IMG/VR virus record: IMGVR_UViG_3300017716_001271
Coordinates: 1 to 43,465 of that record
DNA: 43,465 nucleotides
Source: a virus
Taxonomy: Duplodnaviria; Caudoviricetes
Reading direction: 5' to 3' (one strand)
Shown here: positions 17,147-25,059 of the stretch, in pieces
Numbering within the stretch: the first letter of the stretch is position 1
How the letters are laid out: each line of letters starts with the position of its first letter
Made by a program: the position numbers and the translations under genes
Notes under the pieces: generated by a model
Databases searched by the model: none
Told to the model about the DNA's origin: nothing
The model's input: only the letters and a program-made list of their open reading frames with translations

Positions 17147-17221
17147 GTCAGGTAGTCCCCTGTTGGGAAGTGCGAAGGTGTGAGTACAGCACAAAAGGCC
17201 GCAGCCCACAACCCGGCTCGC

Positions 17222-17311
17222 CTAGAGCAAGAAAAGCGTACAGGCGAGAATTACAACCGGCGGGAGAATGACCCCGCACAAGACGAGAACGAAGTAAACA
17301 CGCTCTGGCAT
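17222..17311 (-). CDS. 29-aa hydrophobic peptide (not in ORF track)
   Basis: MPERVYFVLVLCGVILPPVVILACTLFLL*; TAATG coupling to the upstream gene. Confidence 0.5.
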   Translation of the reverse strand: MPERVYFVLVLCGVILPPVVILACTLFLL

Positions 17312-17688
17312 TATCCGCCCCGCTGTACTTTGTTGGCCCTGACCTTGTCTGCAATATCCGGGTAATTGTTCACTGTCCAATTGCGTAAGCTAATCCAAGG
17401 GCGTTCAAGGCGCAAGCCTATCTGTACCCATGTCAAACCCTCGTCAGCAAGCGCGTTGATACGTGCGGCCCGCGTGCGTAGTTCTTCGGTGTTCTTTGGG
17501 TGCGTGTGCGCCTTGTTCCCGGCTTCGTTGAGGTAACGCGGCTTCAGCCCGTATTCAGTCAGCCAAGCGTGTACGCGTTTGTACGGCGTCCCTGTCTCGA
17601 ATACAATTGCCTTCATGGGGTACTGTTCTACCATGTGAAGGTACAGCACGCGAAGCTTGCGCTTGCTGTCGTCGCGGCTCTTGACCAT
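17311..17688 (-). CDS. Putative DNA-binding protein with two HTH-like segments
   Basis: PMKAIVFETGTPYKRVHAWL and GLTWVQIGLRLERPWISLRNW. Confidence 0.6.
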   Translation of the reverse strand: MVKSRDDSKRKLRVLYLHMVEQYPMKAIVFETGTPYKRVHAWLTEYGLKPRYLNEAGNKAHTHPKNTEELRTRAARINALADEGLTWVQIGLRLERPWISLRNWTVNNYPDIADKVRANKVQRGG

Positions 17689-17691
17689 GTG

Positions 17692-17931
17692 TCACCATTT
17701 GACGGTTCGGTACACCTTGCGCCCGTAAGCCTCGCCTGCAACCTTCCATTCGCCAAGGTCAGTCGGAAGCTTTTGCTTCGCGGTCGGCGCACACATGTAA
17801 CCTTCGCCAATGCTGTACACGCGGGGCGACGTGTAGCGGGTCGGTTGGTACACGTTCTCTTTTACGTCGTTCCAATCCCAACACAACACGGTTGCGATAA
17901 GTTCGGCGGCGCTGCGGCGTTTCTCGGTCAT
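17692..17931 (-). CDS. Hypothetical protein
   Basis: 79 aa, coupled start. Confidence 0.65.
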   Translation of the reverse strand: MTEKRRSAAELIATVLCWDWNDVKENVYQPTRYTSPRVYSIGEGYMCAPTAKQKLPTDLGEWKVAGEAYGRKVYRTVKW

Positions 17932-18164
17932 GTAGGCTTGTCCCTTGTCAGTGCTTGCAGGTTGTACAGCAAGAGTTGTACCGTTGAATGGTGATCTGTC
18001 AAGCGGTCGTGCAAGTCCTGTATTGCGACGTAGTCAAGCGGGGCGTCAACAGCCGTGTGCTTGATTGCGTTGTCTTTGAACCGGCCTATTGCGAGCCGCA
18101 GCGGTGCAGCCTTGCGGGACAGGTCAGACAGCCGGGCTAGGGCCTTGGTCGCGGCTTCGGTCAT
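17928..18164 (-). CDS. Hypothetical protein
   Basis: 78 aa from ATG at 18164, ATGA overlaps at both ends. Confidence 0.6.
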   Translation of the reverse strand: MTEAATKALARLSDLSRKAAPLRLAIGRFKDNAIKHTAVDAPLDYVAIQDLHDRLTDHHSTVQLLLYNLQALTRDKPT

Positions 18165-18340
18165 GTGTTGGGGCCTTGGTTTGCGGGGTAGCAAATGTAC
18201 ACCTTGCCGCGTTCGCTTTCGTTGAGTGCGGCGGCAAAGATCGGGATAAATTGCAGGCGTGTCAGCGGTACGACGGCAACGGGCTTGTTGTGCTTCGCCG
18301 CTAGTGCGTCAGCCTGCTTGCGTGCGTCGTCTTCTGTCAT
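18161..18340 (-). CDS. Hypothetical protein
   Basis: 59 aa MTEDDARKQAD...; GGAGG RBS; ATGA overlap. Confidence 0.6.
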   Translation of the reverse strand: MTEDDARKQADALAAKHNKPVAVVPLTRLQFIPIFAAALNESERGKVYICYPANQGPNT

Positions 18341-18540
18341 GCCGGCAGTTCCTCCCAATCGCCCTGTCCAAGCGTCCAAATCTGACAGCCAAGGCGGCTG
18401 TCGTTGCCGTACCTGTAGTCGCGTACATGTCGGCAACGGTCTTCAACGCCGCCGATACTGTCAACAACGAATGTCATACCGGCGACACCTTCAAGCACGC
18501 GACGTTCGCCCTGCTTGGTCAGTCGTACAACGTAGTGCAT
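18337..18540 (-). CDS. Hypothetical protein
   Basis: 67 aa; TAATG coupling. Confidence 0.6.
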   Translation of the reverse strand: MHYVVRLTKQGERRVLEGVAGMTFVVDSIGGVEDRCRHVRDYRYGNDSRLGCQIWTLGQGDWEELPA

Positions 18541-18776
18541 TACTCGCCCCTTTGAATGACTACCGTGTTGCGGTCTTCGCTACCATGCAAGACCCATGCG
18601 ACGACGGCGTCAGGCGTCACAACGCGCCATTGCTTGCGGGCGAACGTGCGAGCATTCTGTACGCACGCCAAGAGCGCCCCGGCTTCGGTGTCGTGCATGT
18701 TGTACACTGTCCAACCTTCCGACCAACCGTCAAGGCCGGGCTTGTGTTCGCGGTAGTATTGGCAATCGTATTTCAT
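18540..18776 (-). CDS. Hypothetical protein
   Basis: 78 aa MKYDCQYY...; ATGA overlap. Confidence 0.6.
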   Translation of the reverse strand: MKYDCQYYREHKPGLDGWSEGWTVYNMHDTEAGALLACVQNARTFARKQWRVVTPDAVVAWVLHGSEDRNTVVIQRGE

Positions 18777-19006
18777 CGGTCGTACCGCTCGTTTACTTGT
18801 TCGGTCAGCCAATCAACTTCGGCGTCGGTCAGGTCAAAGTTGACCCCGTCAAACTTGGCGTACACCGCTTCGGCCCCGGCGTAAATGCCAACGTCGGGTT
18901 CCGCTTCGCACCAATCAAAGAACACTTCAAGTTCGTACGACGTGTCGTCGCTGTCGTCGTCAAGGCGTTCCCGGTGCAGCGTGATAAACATTGATTGTTC
19001 GGCCAT
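18773..19006 (-). CDS. Small highly acidic protein
   Basis: 77 aa, 22 D/E versus 5 K/R; first gene after a promoter; AGAGGG RBS. Confidence 0.7.
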   Translation of the reverse strand: MAEQSMFITLHRERLDDDSDDTSYELEVFFDWCEAEPDVGIYAGAEAVYAKFDGVNFDLTDAEVDWLTEQVNERYDR

Positions 19007-19033
19007 GTGCGTAAGTCCCTCTGCTGTTGTCCT

Positions 19034-19062
19034 GTTCTCGCATGTCTTCGTATGAGTGTCAA
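19034..19062 (-). promoter_or_regulatory. Early promoter candidate
   Basis: TTGACA-N17-GAGAAC, with GACATG in the spacer. Confidence 0.55.
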
Positions 19063-19065
19063 CAA

Positions 19066-19422
19066 CTATTTTTCAGGGGGCCATTGCCAAGCTTCGGTTG
19101 TCTCGTCTGTCGTGTACTTGAGCCCGGCAAGCACGAAGTCGTACACCTTGCCGCCGTTGCTGCGGAACGTGTTGTCAATCTCGTCTTGCGTCATAACGCG
19201 ATAGAAGCCCGCCGCGATAAGCAGCTTGCGGCATAGCTGTATCATGTGCCGGTCTTTCGTCTCGTTGACTGCAAGGTCGTATATGTCAAAGAGCGCCGAC
19301 ACTTCATCGTATGCGTACTCGCGGTCGTCTATGCCGTTGACATGGTGTTCAACTTCGCTGTCAAACTCGCCGCCCGCTAGGCGTTGCGTCTGCACTAGGT
19401 CAAGCAGGGTTGCCCGGTTCAT
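19066..19422 (-). CDS. Hypothetical protein
   Basis: 118 aa MNRATLL...; ATGA overlap. Confidence 0.6.
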   Translation of the reverse strand: MNRATLLDLVQTQRLAGGEFDSEVEHHVNGIDDREYAYDEVSALFDIYDLAVNETKDRHMIQLCRKLLIAAGFYRVMTQDEIDNTFRSNGGKVYDFVLAGLKYTTDETTEAWQWPPEK

Positions 19423-19613
19423 TTGAACACCCGCGTTACCATGACGACGCCGTTGTGATACAGCGTTGCCGACTTCAGGTCGTCGCGCGATGTGATACCG
19501 TCCCATGACTTGAAGGCGTACGCCATTTCACCGCCAAGGCGCAACAGTTGCCCGTCTCTAACCGCATGGTCGCGGGCTGCGTCGGGCTTGTATGCAAGAG
19601 CAAGTTCAAACAT
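19419..19613 (-). CDS. Hypothetical protein
   Basis: 64 aa; AGGGA RBS. Confidence 0.6.
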   Translation of the reverse strand: MFELALAYKPDAARDHAVRDGQLLRLGGEMAYAFKSWDGITSRDDLKSATLYHNGVVMVTRVFK

Positions 19614-19625
19614 GTTCGCTGTTCC

Positions 19626-19826
19626 CTAGAAAAGCCAAGACACGTCGCCGTTGCGGGTGTCTTTCAGGTCGCTACCGTCTTCGCACGTAATGACGACGTG
19701 AATAACCGACTGTTCACTTGCCAGCTTGCGGGCCGAACCAATCGCGGCTTCCGGGGTGTTCTCTGTCGAGTACACGCGGGCCGGGTGTTTGTCACCGCGA
19801 AGGCTGTAAACAATGTCGTACGTCAT
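19626..19826 (-). CDS. Hypothetical protein
   Basis: 66 aa MTYDIVY...; AAGGA RBS. Confidence 0.6.
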   Translation of the reverse strand: MTYDIVYSLRGDKHPARVYSTENTPEAAIGSARKLASEQSVIHVVITCEDGSDLKDTRNGDVSWLF

Positions 19827-19850
19827 GTCGTCTGTTCCTTCTATGCACAC

Positions 19851-19894
19851 AACTTACGTTGTCACCGGGGGAATGTCAAGCCCCCGGTGTCAAC
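19851..19894 (-). promoter_or_regulatory. Sigma70-like promoter embedded in a 14-bp inverted repeat
   Basis: TTGACA(19879-74)-N17-TAAGTT; second TTGACA at 19893-88; arms 19858-19871 and 19881-19894. Confidence 0.7.
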
Positions 19895-19904
19895 TTTCTT
19901 TTGT

Positions 19905-20546
19905 CTAGCTGACACCCTCCATTTTGCGCCATGACTGCATACCAATCCAACCGCCGCGCCCGCCAGTGTAGTACACGCGGCCCCGGTCAGTGTACGACAG
20001 GGTCAGTACGATACCGTTGTCTGTCTTGACCTTGGCGGCGAGCGGGGCCGGTCCCTTGGCTTTCTCAACGGTCGTCAGGGGCGTACCAACAAGCTTGTCA
20101 GCAAGGCGTTGCAGGTAATCAGCGTGCGAGCGGTACGCCGCAGCCTTGGCGCGAAGCGAAGACACCGTGTTACGGCGAACCGTGATTTGTTCGGCTTCGG
20201 TAATGTAGCAGAAAGGAATTGCGTACGTGACTTCAAGGTCAGCGTAAGAGCGGGCCGGGTGCGACTTTTCGCGGCGGGTAATGTGCATGTAATCCGGGTC
20301 AATGGCGAGCGTTTCAAAGTTGGTCGCCATGTCGTCAAAGTTCGCCGCCATGTCGCGAAGGGTCGCGCAATGGTCGTCACAGTCGGTACGGTCGGTTTGC
20401 ATCGGGGTTTTGTTATGGCCGGTGCAGACGCCCTGAAACCAACCGCCTTTGACGACGTACCCGTGATTGCTCATACCGCGCTTCATAACGGCTTGGTCGT
20501 TTCCGCAATGAGGGCAGTTGCCGCGCTGTTGAATGTCGTTGGTCAT
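19905..20546 (-). CDS. Hypothetical protein with N-terminal Zn-binding motif
   Basis: CPHC...HGY...GVCTG; 213 aa; own promoter and AGAGGA RBS. Confidence 0.7.
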   Translation of the reverse strand: MTNDIQQRGNCPHCGNDQAVMKRGMSNHGYVVKGGWFQGVCTGHNKTPMQTDRTDCDDHCATLRDMAANFDDMATNFETLAIDPDYMHITRREKSHPARSYADLEVTYAIPFCYITEAEQITVRRNTVSSLRAKAAAYRSHADYLQRLADKLVGTPLTTVEKAKGPAPLAAKVKTDNGIVLTLSYTDRGRVYYTGGRGGWIGMQSWRKMEGVS

Positions 20547-20573
20547 GTGCGTTGTTCCTCTGTCTGTATGTAC

Positions 20574-20602
20574 GTTGTCTCATGTCAGGTTGAGGGTGTC
20601 AA
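20574..20602 (-). promoter_or_regulatory. Early promoter candidate
   Basis: TTGACA-N17-GACAAC, with GACATG in the spacer. Confidence 0.55.
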
Positions 20603-20626
20603 CGACTAAATGTCATTCCGACTGAA

Positions 20627-21124
20627 TTATTTTTCGTGTCCCCTGTACCTGACCCCGCCTTTGTCAAAGCTGTCGCGCAAGGCTTCGTAATAATCGGCTG
20701 TCATGCCAACCTTGACCAAGTCAAGAAAGGCTTCACAGAAGAACGCGCCATGTGCTGCAACGCCATTGTCGTACAGGCGTGTAGTGATCGAATGCGCGAG
20801 TTCGTGACAGAGTACAGCCTTAGACCTAGACCAACGCGGCATTTTCACCCAATCGCGCCCGCCAAGCGCCCGGCGGCAACGGCGACCGTCTTTGACTTCA
20901 ACGAACTTGCGTACGTGTATGCCGTACTTGGCGCGTATGTCAGGGTGCGTGAACAGGGCGTTAGCGTACGCCTGCATAAGTGCGACTGTCTCTAGTCTAT
21001 GATTGTCCCAACGCGTCCAAAGGCCGTTAGCCCGTTCGGCGTCGTACAGCTTTTGTCTTTGGCTGTCGCGCGGCTCTTTGCGAAGCGCCTTGGGGTACAT
21101 TTGTTTTGCGGTCGGTAGTTGCAT
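20627..21124 (-). CDS. HEXXH zinc metallohydrolase (SprT-like/Rv0185-like)
   Basis: RDSQRQKLYDAE N-terminus; VLCHELAH; AAHGAFF. Confidence 0.75.
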   Translation of the reverse strand: MQLPTAKQMYPKALRKEPRDSQRQKLYDAERANGLWTRWDNHRLETVALMQAYANALFTHPDIRAKYGIHVRKFVEVKDGRRCRRALGGRDWVKMPRWSRSKAVLCHELAHSITTRLYDNGVAAHGAFFCEAFLDLVKVGMTADYYEALRDSFDKGGVRYRGHEK

Positions 21125-21148
21125 GACGTTCCCTCTTGTTGACTTGTC

Positions 21149-21178
21149 ACCTTAGCACGGTCAGCGAAGACGTGTCAA
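21149..21178 (-). promoter_or_regulatory. Sigma70-like promoter
   Basis: AT-rich UP element, TTGACA-N18-TAAGGT (preceded by GC). Confidence 0.6.
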
Positions 21179-21184
21179 CAATTA

Positions 21185-21475
21185 TTATTCGGTGCAATTC
21201 CGGGGAATGTCATTGCCCACATGTCAGGCCGCGCTTGTCTAGTACGTCATAGTGCGGGGCGCATACTATGGAAGGAATTGCCAAAAACCCTGCAATTCCT
21301 AGCAGTTTCTTCTAAAAATAGTATAATAGTATAATAGTATATCAAGAGGATAAGTTAATTACCGGAATTAGGAATTGGAATTGAAGGGATTTGTTCGGGT
21401 ATGTAAGGGGGGCCATACTACCGTACTATATACTATTTCTGACCCGTCACGAATTGCCCGAATTACCGGAATTAC
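21185..21475. repeat. AT-rich non-coding region with direct and inverted repeats; putative replication origin
   Basis: (AATAGTAT)x3 at 21317-21340 and an inverted copy at 21430-21437; AATTACCGGAATTA at 21357 and 21461; AGGAATTGC/GCAATTCCT inverted repeat 21273-21300. Confidence 0.6.
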
Positions 21476-21672
21476 CAACCGAAGGCGAAATGCAGCGCGA
21501 GGTACACGCCAGCAATCACAAGGCCGGTAATAGCCGCGTACATGCGTTTGCGGCTTTCAGTGTGGGCAATGCGCTTGTTACGCATTTCAGCGCCAAGCAT
21601 GGCGGATACAGCCAACGTCGCGTTATCGGCGGCGGTGTAGTCCCGGCGGTTCTTTTGTCCAAAGTGCGACAT
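21472..21672 (-). CDS. Small membrane protein
   Basis: 66 aa; C-terminal TM AITGLVIAGVYLALHFAFGW; AAGGGAG RBS. Confidence 0.65.
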   Translation of the reverse strand: MSHFGQKNRRDYTAADNATLAVSAMLGAEMRNKRIAHTESRKRMYAAITGLVIAGVYLALHFAFGW

Positions 21673-21725
21673 AGTCTGTACTCCCTTCTATTGAGGTACT
21701 GTACAGCAAATGTCTTGCCAAGTCG

Positions 21726-22391
21726 TTAATACGGCGGGGCTTCGTGTACTCGCACGATTGTACGCCAAAGGTCGTCAGCCGGGCGGAACATGTCAAGTTG
21801 ACCGTCGTACTTCACCCGCTCTGTTCGCTTGCGCGCAAACCAAATGATTGCCTGTAGTTGGTTCGGTACTAGCCCTTCGGTTGAGGCTAGGCGCTTCGCT
21901 GCGTTGGCTATGCGTTCGTACTCGCTCTTTGACTTCACAATCGCCTGTCGCATGGTCATACGCTTTGCGAGGTATGCGGCCTTCATGTGTCCGTCAATGG
22001 TGACGTGTGCGGGGTCAAGCGGGTCAAGAATGTTGAAGTAAAAGCTTCTGATCTTGAGCCCGCGAACAGAGCCCACAAACGACGCTTCGCCCTTCGCATA
22101 CGCGAGCGCCCGGCGCTTACAATGCCCGTACGTTGAGACTGTGACCCGTTCCGGGGGCCTGCATTCACGCGCGCCCTGTAGCACGCTGGCGAGGCTGCGA
22201 AGGTTGCCGTAATAATCGTTGTTCGGGGACAGGGCGCAAAAGGCGGCTGTCGTGCGATCAAGCGCAATGCCGTAGTGTTCGGCAAACTCGCGCATGACTG
22301 CGTTGTACCGCGCGTACGCTAACCGGCCTTCGCGTAAGTCGTCTGCGTCGGCGCGTTCGTACATTGCACGAAGGTTGCGCCCGCCCTTCAC
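21726..22391 (-). CDS. HhH DNA-glycosylase-like protein (DUF7178-like) with QLDMF motif
   Basis: AAFCALSPNN...KIRSFYFNIL.P...VTIDGH...Y...A....G..P.QLQAIIW; VTIDGH resembles the HhH-GPD VDxH motif; GTGA-coupled to prim-pol. Confidence 0.6.
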   Translation of the reverse strand: MKGGRNLRAMYERADADDLREGRLAYARYNAVMREFAEHYGIALDRTTAAFCALSPNNDYYGNLRSLASVLQGARECRPPERVTVSTYGHCKRRALAYAKGEASFVGSVRGLKIRSFYFNILDPLDPAHVTIDGHMKAAYLAKRMTMRQAIVKSKSEYERIANAAKRLASTEGLVPNQLQAIIWFARKRTERVKYDGQLDMFRPADDLWRTIVRVHEAPPY

Positions 22392-24709
22392 TTGAACACT
22401 TCGGGCCTTATGACGACGTACGCCTTGCTGTACGTCCCGTGTTGTTCAAGCATGACCGGCTTTGCGACTTCGCGTATGATATCGCCGTCAAGCAGGTTTT
22501 GTATTGCGCGCTTCAGTGCTGACGTTGCGCCGATACGATCATTGCGGAAGGCTGCAACCTGCAAGCAGCGGCGCGACAGGTAGCCTTGTTCAATGACCCC
22601 GGCGGCGTGTAGCGTCTGGCGTGCGTCGTACTTCGCGACCTTGTCGTACGGCGAGCGCATGTATTCAGCGATCTTGCTTTTGACGTACTCAAGTTGCGCT
22701 TGTTCGTTGCCGTCTTCGCGTCCAACTTCACCGCGATCAAAGCGACCAAGCAGCGCGACAATTTCATTGTGTACGATATCACACGCCCATTGCATACAGT
22801 GTTCGTCAATGACCGGCGTGTACGGATGAATACCGACAGCGACAAGCGCCGCCAGCTTCAGCGCCTTGACGTGCGCCCTGTTCCATAGCTGGCGGTTCAC
22901 GTCTAGGTTTGTGCTGTTGATTTGGCTGTCAGCGTACTTGTCAAAGCGTGACGATACAACCTTGCCTTCGGCGGTGAAGTCAACGTTGACGACAGCGCCT
23001 TGCGCCATGAGGCTAATTGAATAGTGACACACTTCCGCTAGGCGCTGTATCAACATGTCGGGCGGGATTTGTGCGCCGTGTGCTTCGTTGAGCGGGGGAC
23101 GCGGGCCGGTGTATTCGGTAGTCAGGAAGCGAGGCAACAGGCCGTCTGCAATCAGGCTTTCGTCAAGTGCAGCGTACAGCGTGCTAGGTGTTGTTTCGCC
23201 AATCATTGTCAGCGCGGGCGAACGTATCAGCGTCGTATTCTTGGCTTTGTCGCTGTACACAATCGGCTTGATTGATTGGCCCGCGCCGCTCTTGTTGTAC
23301 AGGTCAAGCAACATGCGCTTGATACCAACGTCAACGCTGCTTGCGTGCTTGCTCGCCATTTGCTGCATACGTAAGCCAAACTCGCCAGACACAACGACAC
23401 ACGACGGCGAGCGTACAAGGGCTTTGATAAGTGCTTGCGCCGATGCAAAGTCACCGGGGCCGATAAACTCGTCAGCGCCTTTAATTGTCTGCGTTACGCG
23501 GTTGAACAACTTGTCAATGCCGCTGCTGATTGCTTCTTTACCTGTCCCTGTCGGCGCGATCAGCATAAGGTACAGGTTCAACCCTGTCCCGCTGACGTTC
23601 CATGCTCTGCCCACAATCCCGGCGAACATGGCGACGGCTGCGGCTAGTGCAATCTGTTTCACGGGGCGCGGTGAAGCGGCGTAAATAAACTCGGCCATTT
23701 CACCGATAAGGCCCGGCGGTGCAATCCAATCAAAGCGCGGCGGCGCTTGCGTCTCAACTGTCCCCGGTTCAATCATGCCGGTGTCAGTGTCGGGCAATGC
23801 GTCTTGCGGTTTCGCAGCGCGCATAATCTCCGCAACGCGTGCGGTTTGTGCAAAGTCGAGTGTCGGCGGGCGGCGGTCTTCCGCAGCCAATACCATTTTG
23901 TCAACGTAGTCTTCGCGTTGCGCTTTCTCGCGCTCGCCAAGGCGTGACAGTCGGAACATGCGCTTGATTTGCGCGCGGTTGTGCGTGAAGAACCCGAGTA
24001 TGTCGATAAGTGCAAAGTCGGCTTCTGACTGTGACGTGTAATACTGTTGCCAGTTGCCCGACCAAAGGTCGTTGAACTTTTGCGCGTTGGCTGCTTGTTG
24101 CGCCATTGCGTACACGGTCATATCGTCGGCAGTCTGCGGCCTGTCTTCGCCGCCTGTAAAGTCAATGCCGTCTGTTTTCGCGAGCGATTGCCAAAGCCTG
24201 TCAAGTTCGGGCTGTCGCGGCTCAATCGCTGACGGGTAATATACGTTCCCCGTCATGGTCATAAAGCGACCGCTTGAATACACTTCAACGAAGTCGCGCT
24301 TACGGCCCTGCGGTACTGCACCGCGTACGATAATGTGCAGCCCCGCGCCTGACGGGCTCAACTCACTGTATGAGTTGAGTTCGCGGAAAATCTCTGTCTG
24401 TCGTTTCTCAATGTGCGGCGCGTCAATGCGGTTGCCGTCGTCGTCTCGCACCGGGTCAAGGTCAACGAACGTGTACGGGTCTTCAGCCGACAACACATAG
24501 CCGATACCGTCCCAACCAACGCGCGCCATGACCGCCGCAAGGCAGGCGTCAAAGTCTGTCCAAGTACGCGCGTCAGTGCTGCTTGCGTGACGGTTGGTCA
24601 GCGGGTTGTATGGGACTTTGGTAAGCTTGGCTTGGTTCTTTACGTGTTCAAACCGCCAGACAACCCATTGTCGCAACAACCGCAATTCGTGCGGAATGTT
24701 GTTGTACAC
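22388..24709 (-). CDS. Primase-polymerase (NrS-1-like AEP plus helical bundle) fused to DUF3987-type helicase
   Basis: QWVVWR, KVPY, DLD, ELSPSGAGLH, EVYSSGRFMTMTG, SQSEADFAL; Walker A APTGTGKE; DGLLPRF. Confidence 0.88.
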   Translation of the reverse strand: MYNNIPHELRLLRQWVVWRFEHVKNQAKLTKVPYNPLTNRHASSTDARTWTDFDACLAAVMARVGWDGIGYVLSAEDPYTFVDLDPVRDDDGNRIDAPHIEKRQTEIFRELNSYSELSPSGAGLHIIVRGAVPQGRKRDFVEVYSSGRFMTMTGNVYYPSAIEPRQPELDRLWQSLAKTDGIDFTGGEDRPQTADDMTVYAMAQQAANAQKFNDLWSGNWQQYYTSQSEADFALIDILGFFTHNRAQIKRMFRLSRLGEREKAQREDYVDKMVLAAEDRRPPTLDFAQTARVAEIMRAAKPQDALPDTDTGMIEPGTVETQAPPRFDWIAPPGLIGEMAEFIYAASPRPVKQIALAAAVAMFAGIVGRAWNVSGTGLNLYLMLIAPTGTGKEAISSGIDKLFNRVTQTIKGADEFIGPGDFASAQALIKALVRSPSCVVVSGEFGLRMQQMASKHASSVDVGIKRMLLDLYNKSGAGQSIKPIVYSDKAKNTTLIRSPALTMIGETTPSTLYAALDESLIADGLLPRFLTTEYTGPRPPLNEAHGAQIPPDMLIQRLAEVCHYSISLMAQGAVVNVDFTAEGKVVSSRFDKYADSQINSTNLDVNRQLWNRAHVKALKLAALVAVGIHPYTPVIDEHCMQWACDIVHNEIVALLGRFDRGEVGREDGNEQAQLEYVKSKIAEYMRSPYDKVAKYDARQTLHAAGVIEQGYLSRRCLQVAAFRNDRIGATSALKRAIQNLLDGDIIREVAKPVMLEQHGTYSKAYVVIRPEVFK

Positions 24710-24916
24710 TTACAATACCAATTCGTTGCCGGTCAGGAAGACGTACAGCCGTTCGGTGCGATGCACGCACGGGCGCTTGTACTGGCGAAAACGTTTCAGC
24801 CAACGGTATTCAAGCCCTGTCTGTTCGGAAATGGCCGGTAAGGTCAGCGTTCGCGGTCGCGCGTCCAAGGCTGTACGCGCTGCGGCATACAGCTTGCTTG
24901 TGGGCAGTTGTTGCAA
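24710..24916 (-). CDS. Small Cro-like HTH protein
   Basis: TLPAISEQTGLEYRWLKRF; first gene of the leftward unit at the divergence point; AAGGGG RBS. Confidence 0.65.
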   Translation of the reverse strand: MQQLPTSKLYAAARTALDARPRTLTLPAISEQTGLEYRWLKRFRQYKRPCVHRTERLYVFLTGNELVL

Positions 24917-25000
24917 TTTCCGTCCCCTTGCCTGTCACTTACCGTACGAAGAAAGCAAAAAGCGGGCCTTGTCTAGTCCTAAAATTGGCCCGGCGCGGGA

Positions 25001-25035
25001 TTGACATACACGGGGCGGCGTGCTTCCGTCTTTAT
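25001..25035 (+). promoter_or_regulatory. Candidate promoter for the rightward replication operon
   Basis: TTGACA at 25001 in the divergent intergenic region; -10 non-canonical. Confidence 0.4.
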
Positions 25036-25059
25036 GCACAACAAAGGGACCGAAACCAA

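Noticed and set aside
16463-17209. Longer starts in the ORF track for several genes (MazG, VRR-NUC, Sak4, SSB, PolA, spanins)
   Set aside because: Downstream starts have an RBS or stop-start coupling; the extensions mostly overlap neighbouring genes.
21350-21372. Possible CtrA box (TTAA-N7-TTAA)
   Set aside because: Only half-sites; no full box found here or in the other intergenic regions checked.
21185-21475. Possible mini-CRISPR array given the Cas4-like gene
   Set aside because: Repeats are 14 bp or shorter and irregularly spaced; solo Cas4-like nucleases are common in phages.
21391-21729. 112-aa plus-strand ORF
   Set aside because: TTG start inside the repeat region, antisense to a better-supported gene with RBS and TM segment.
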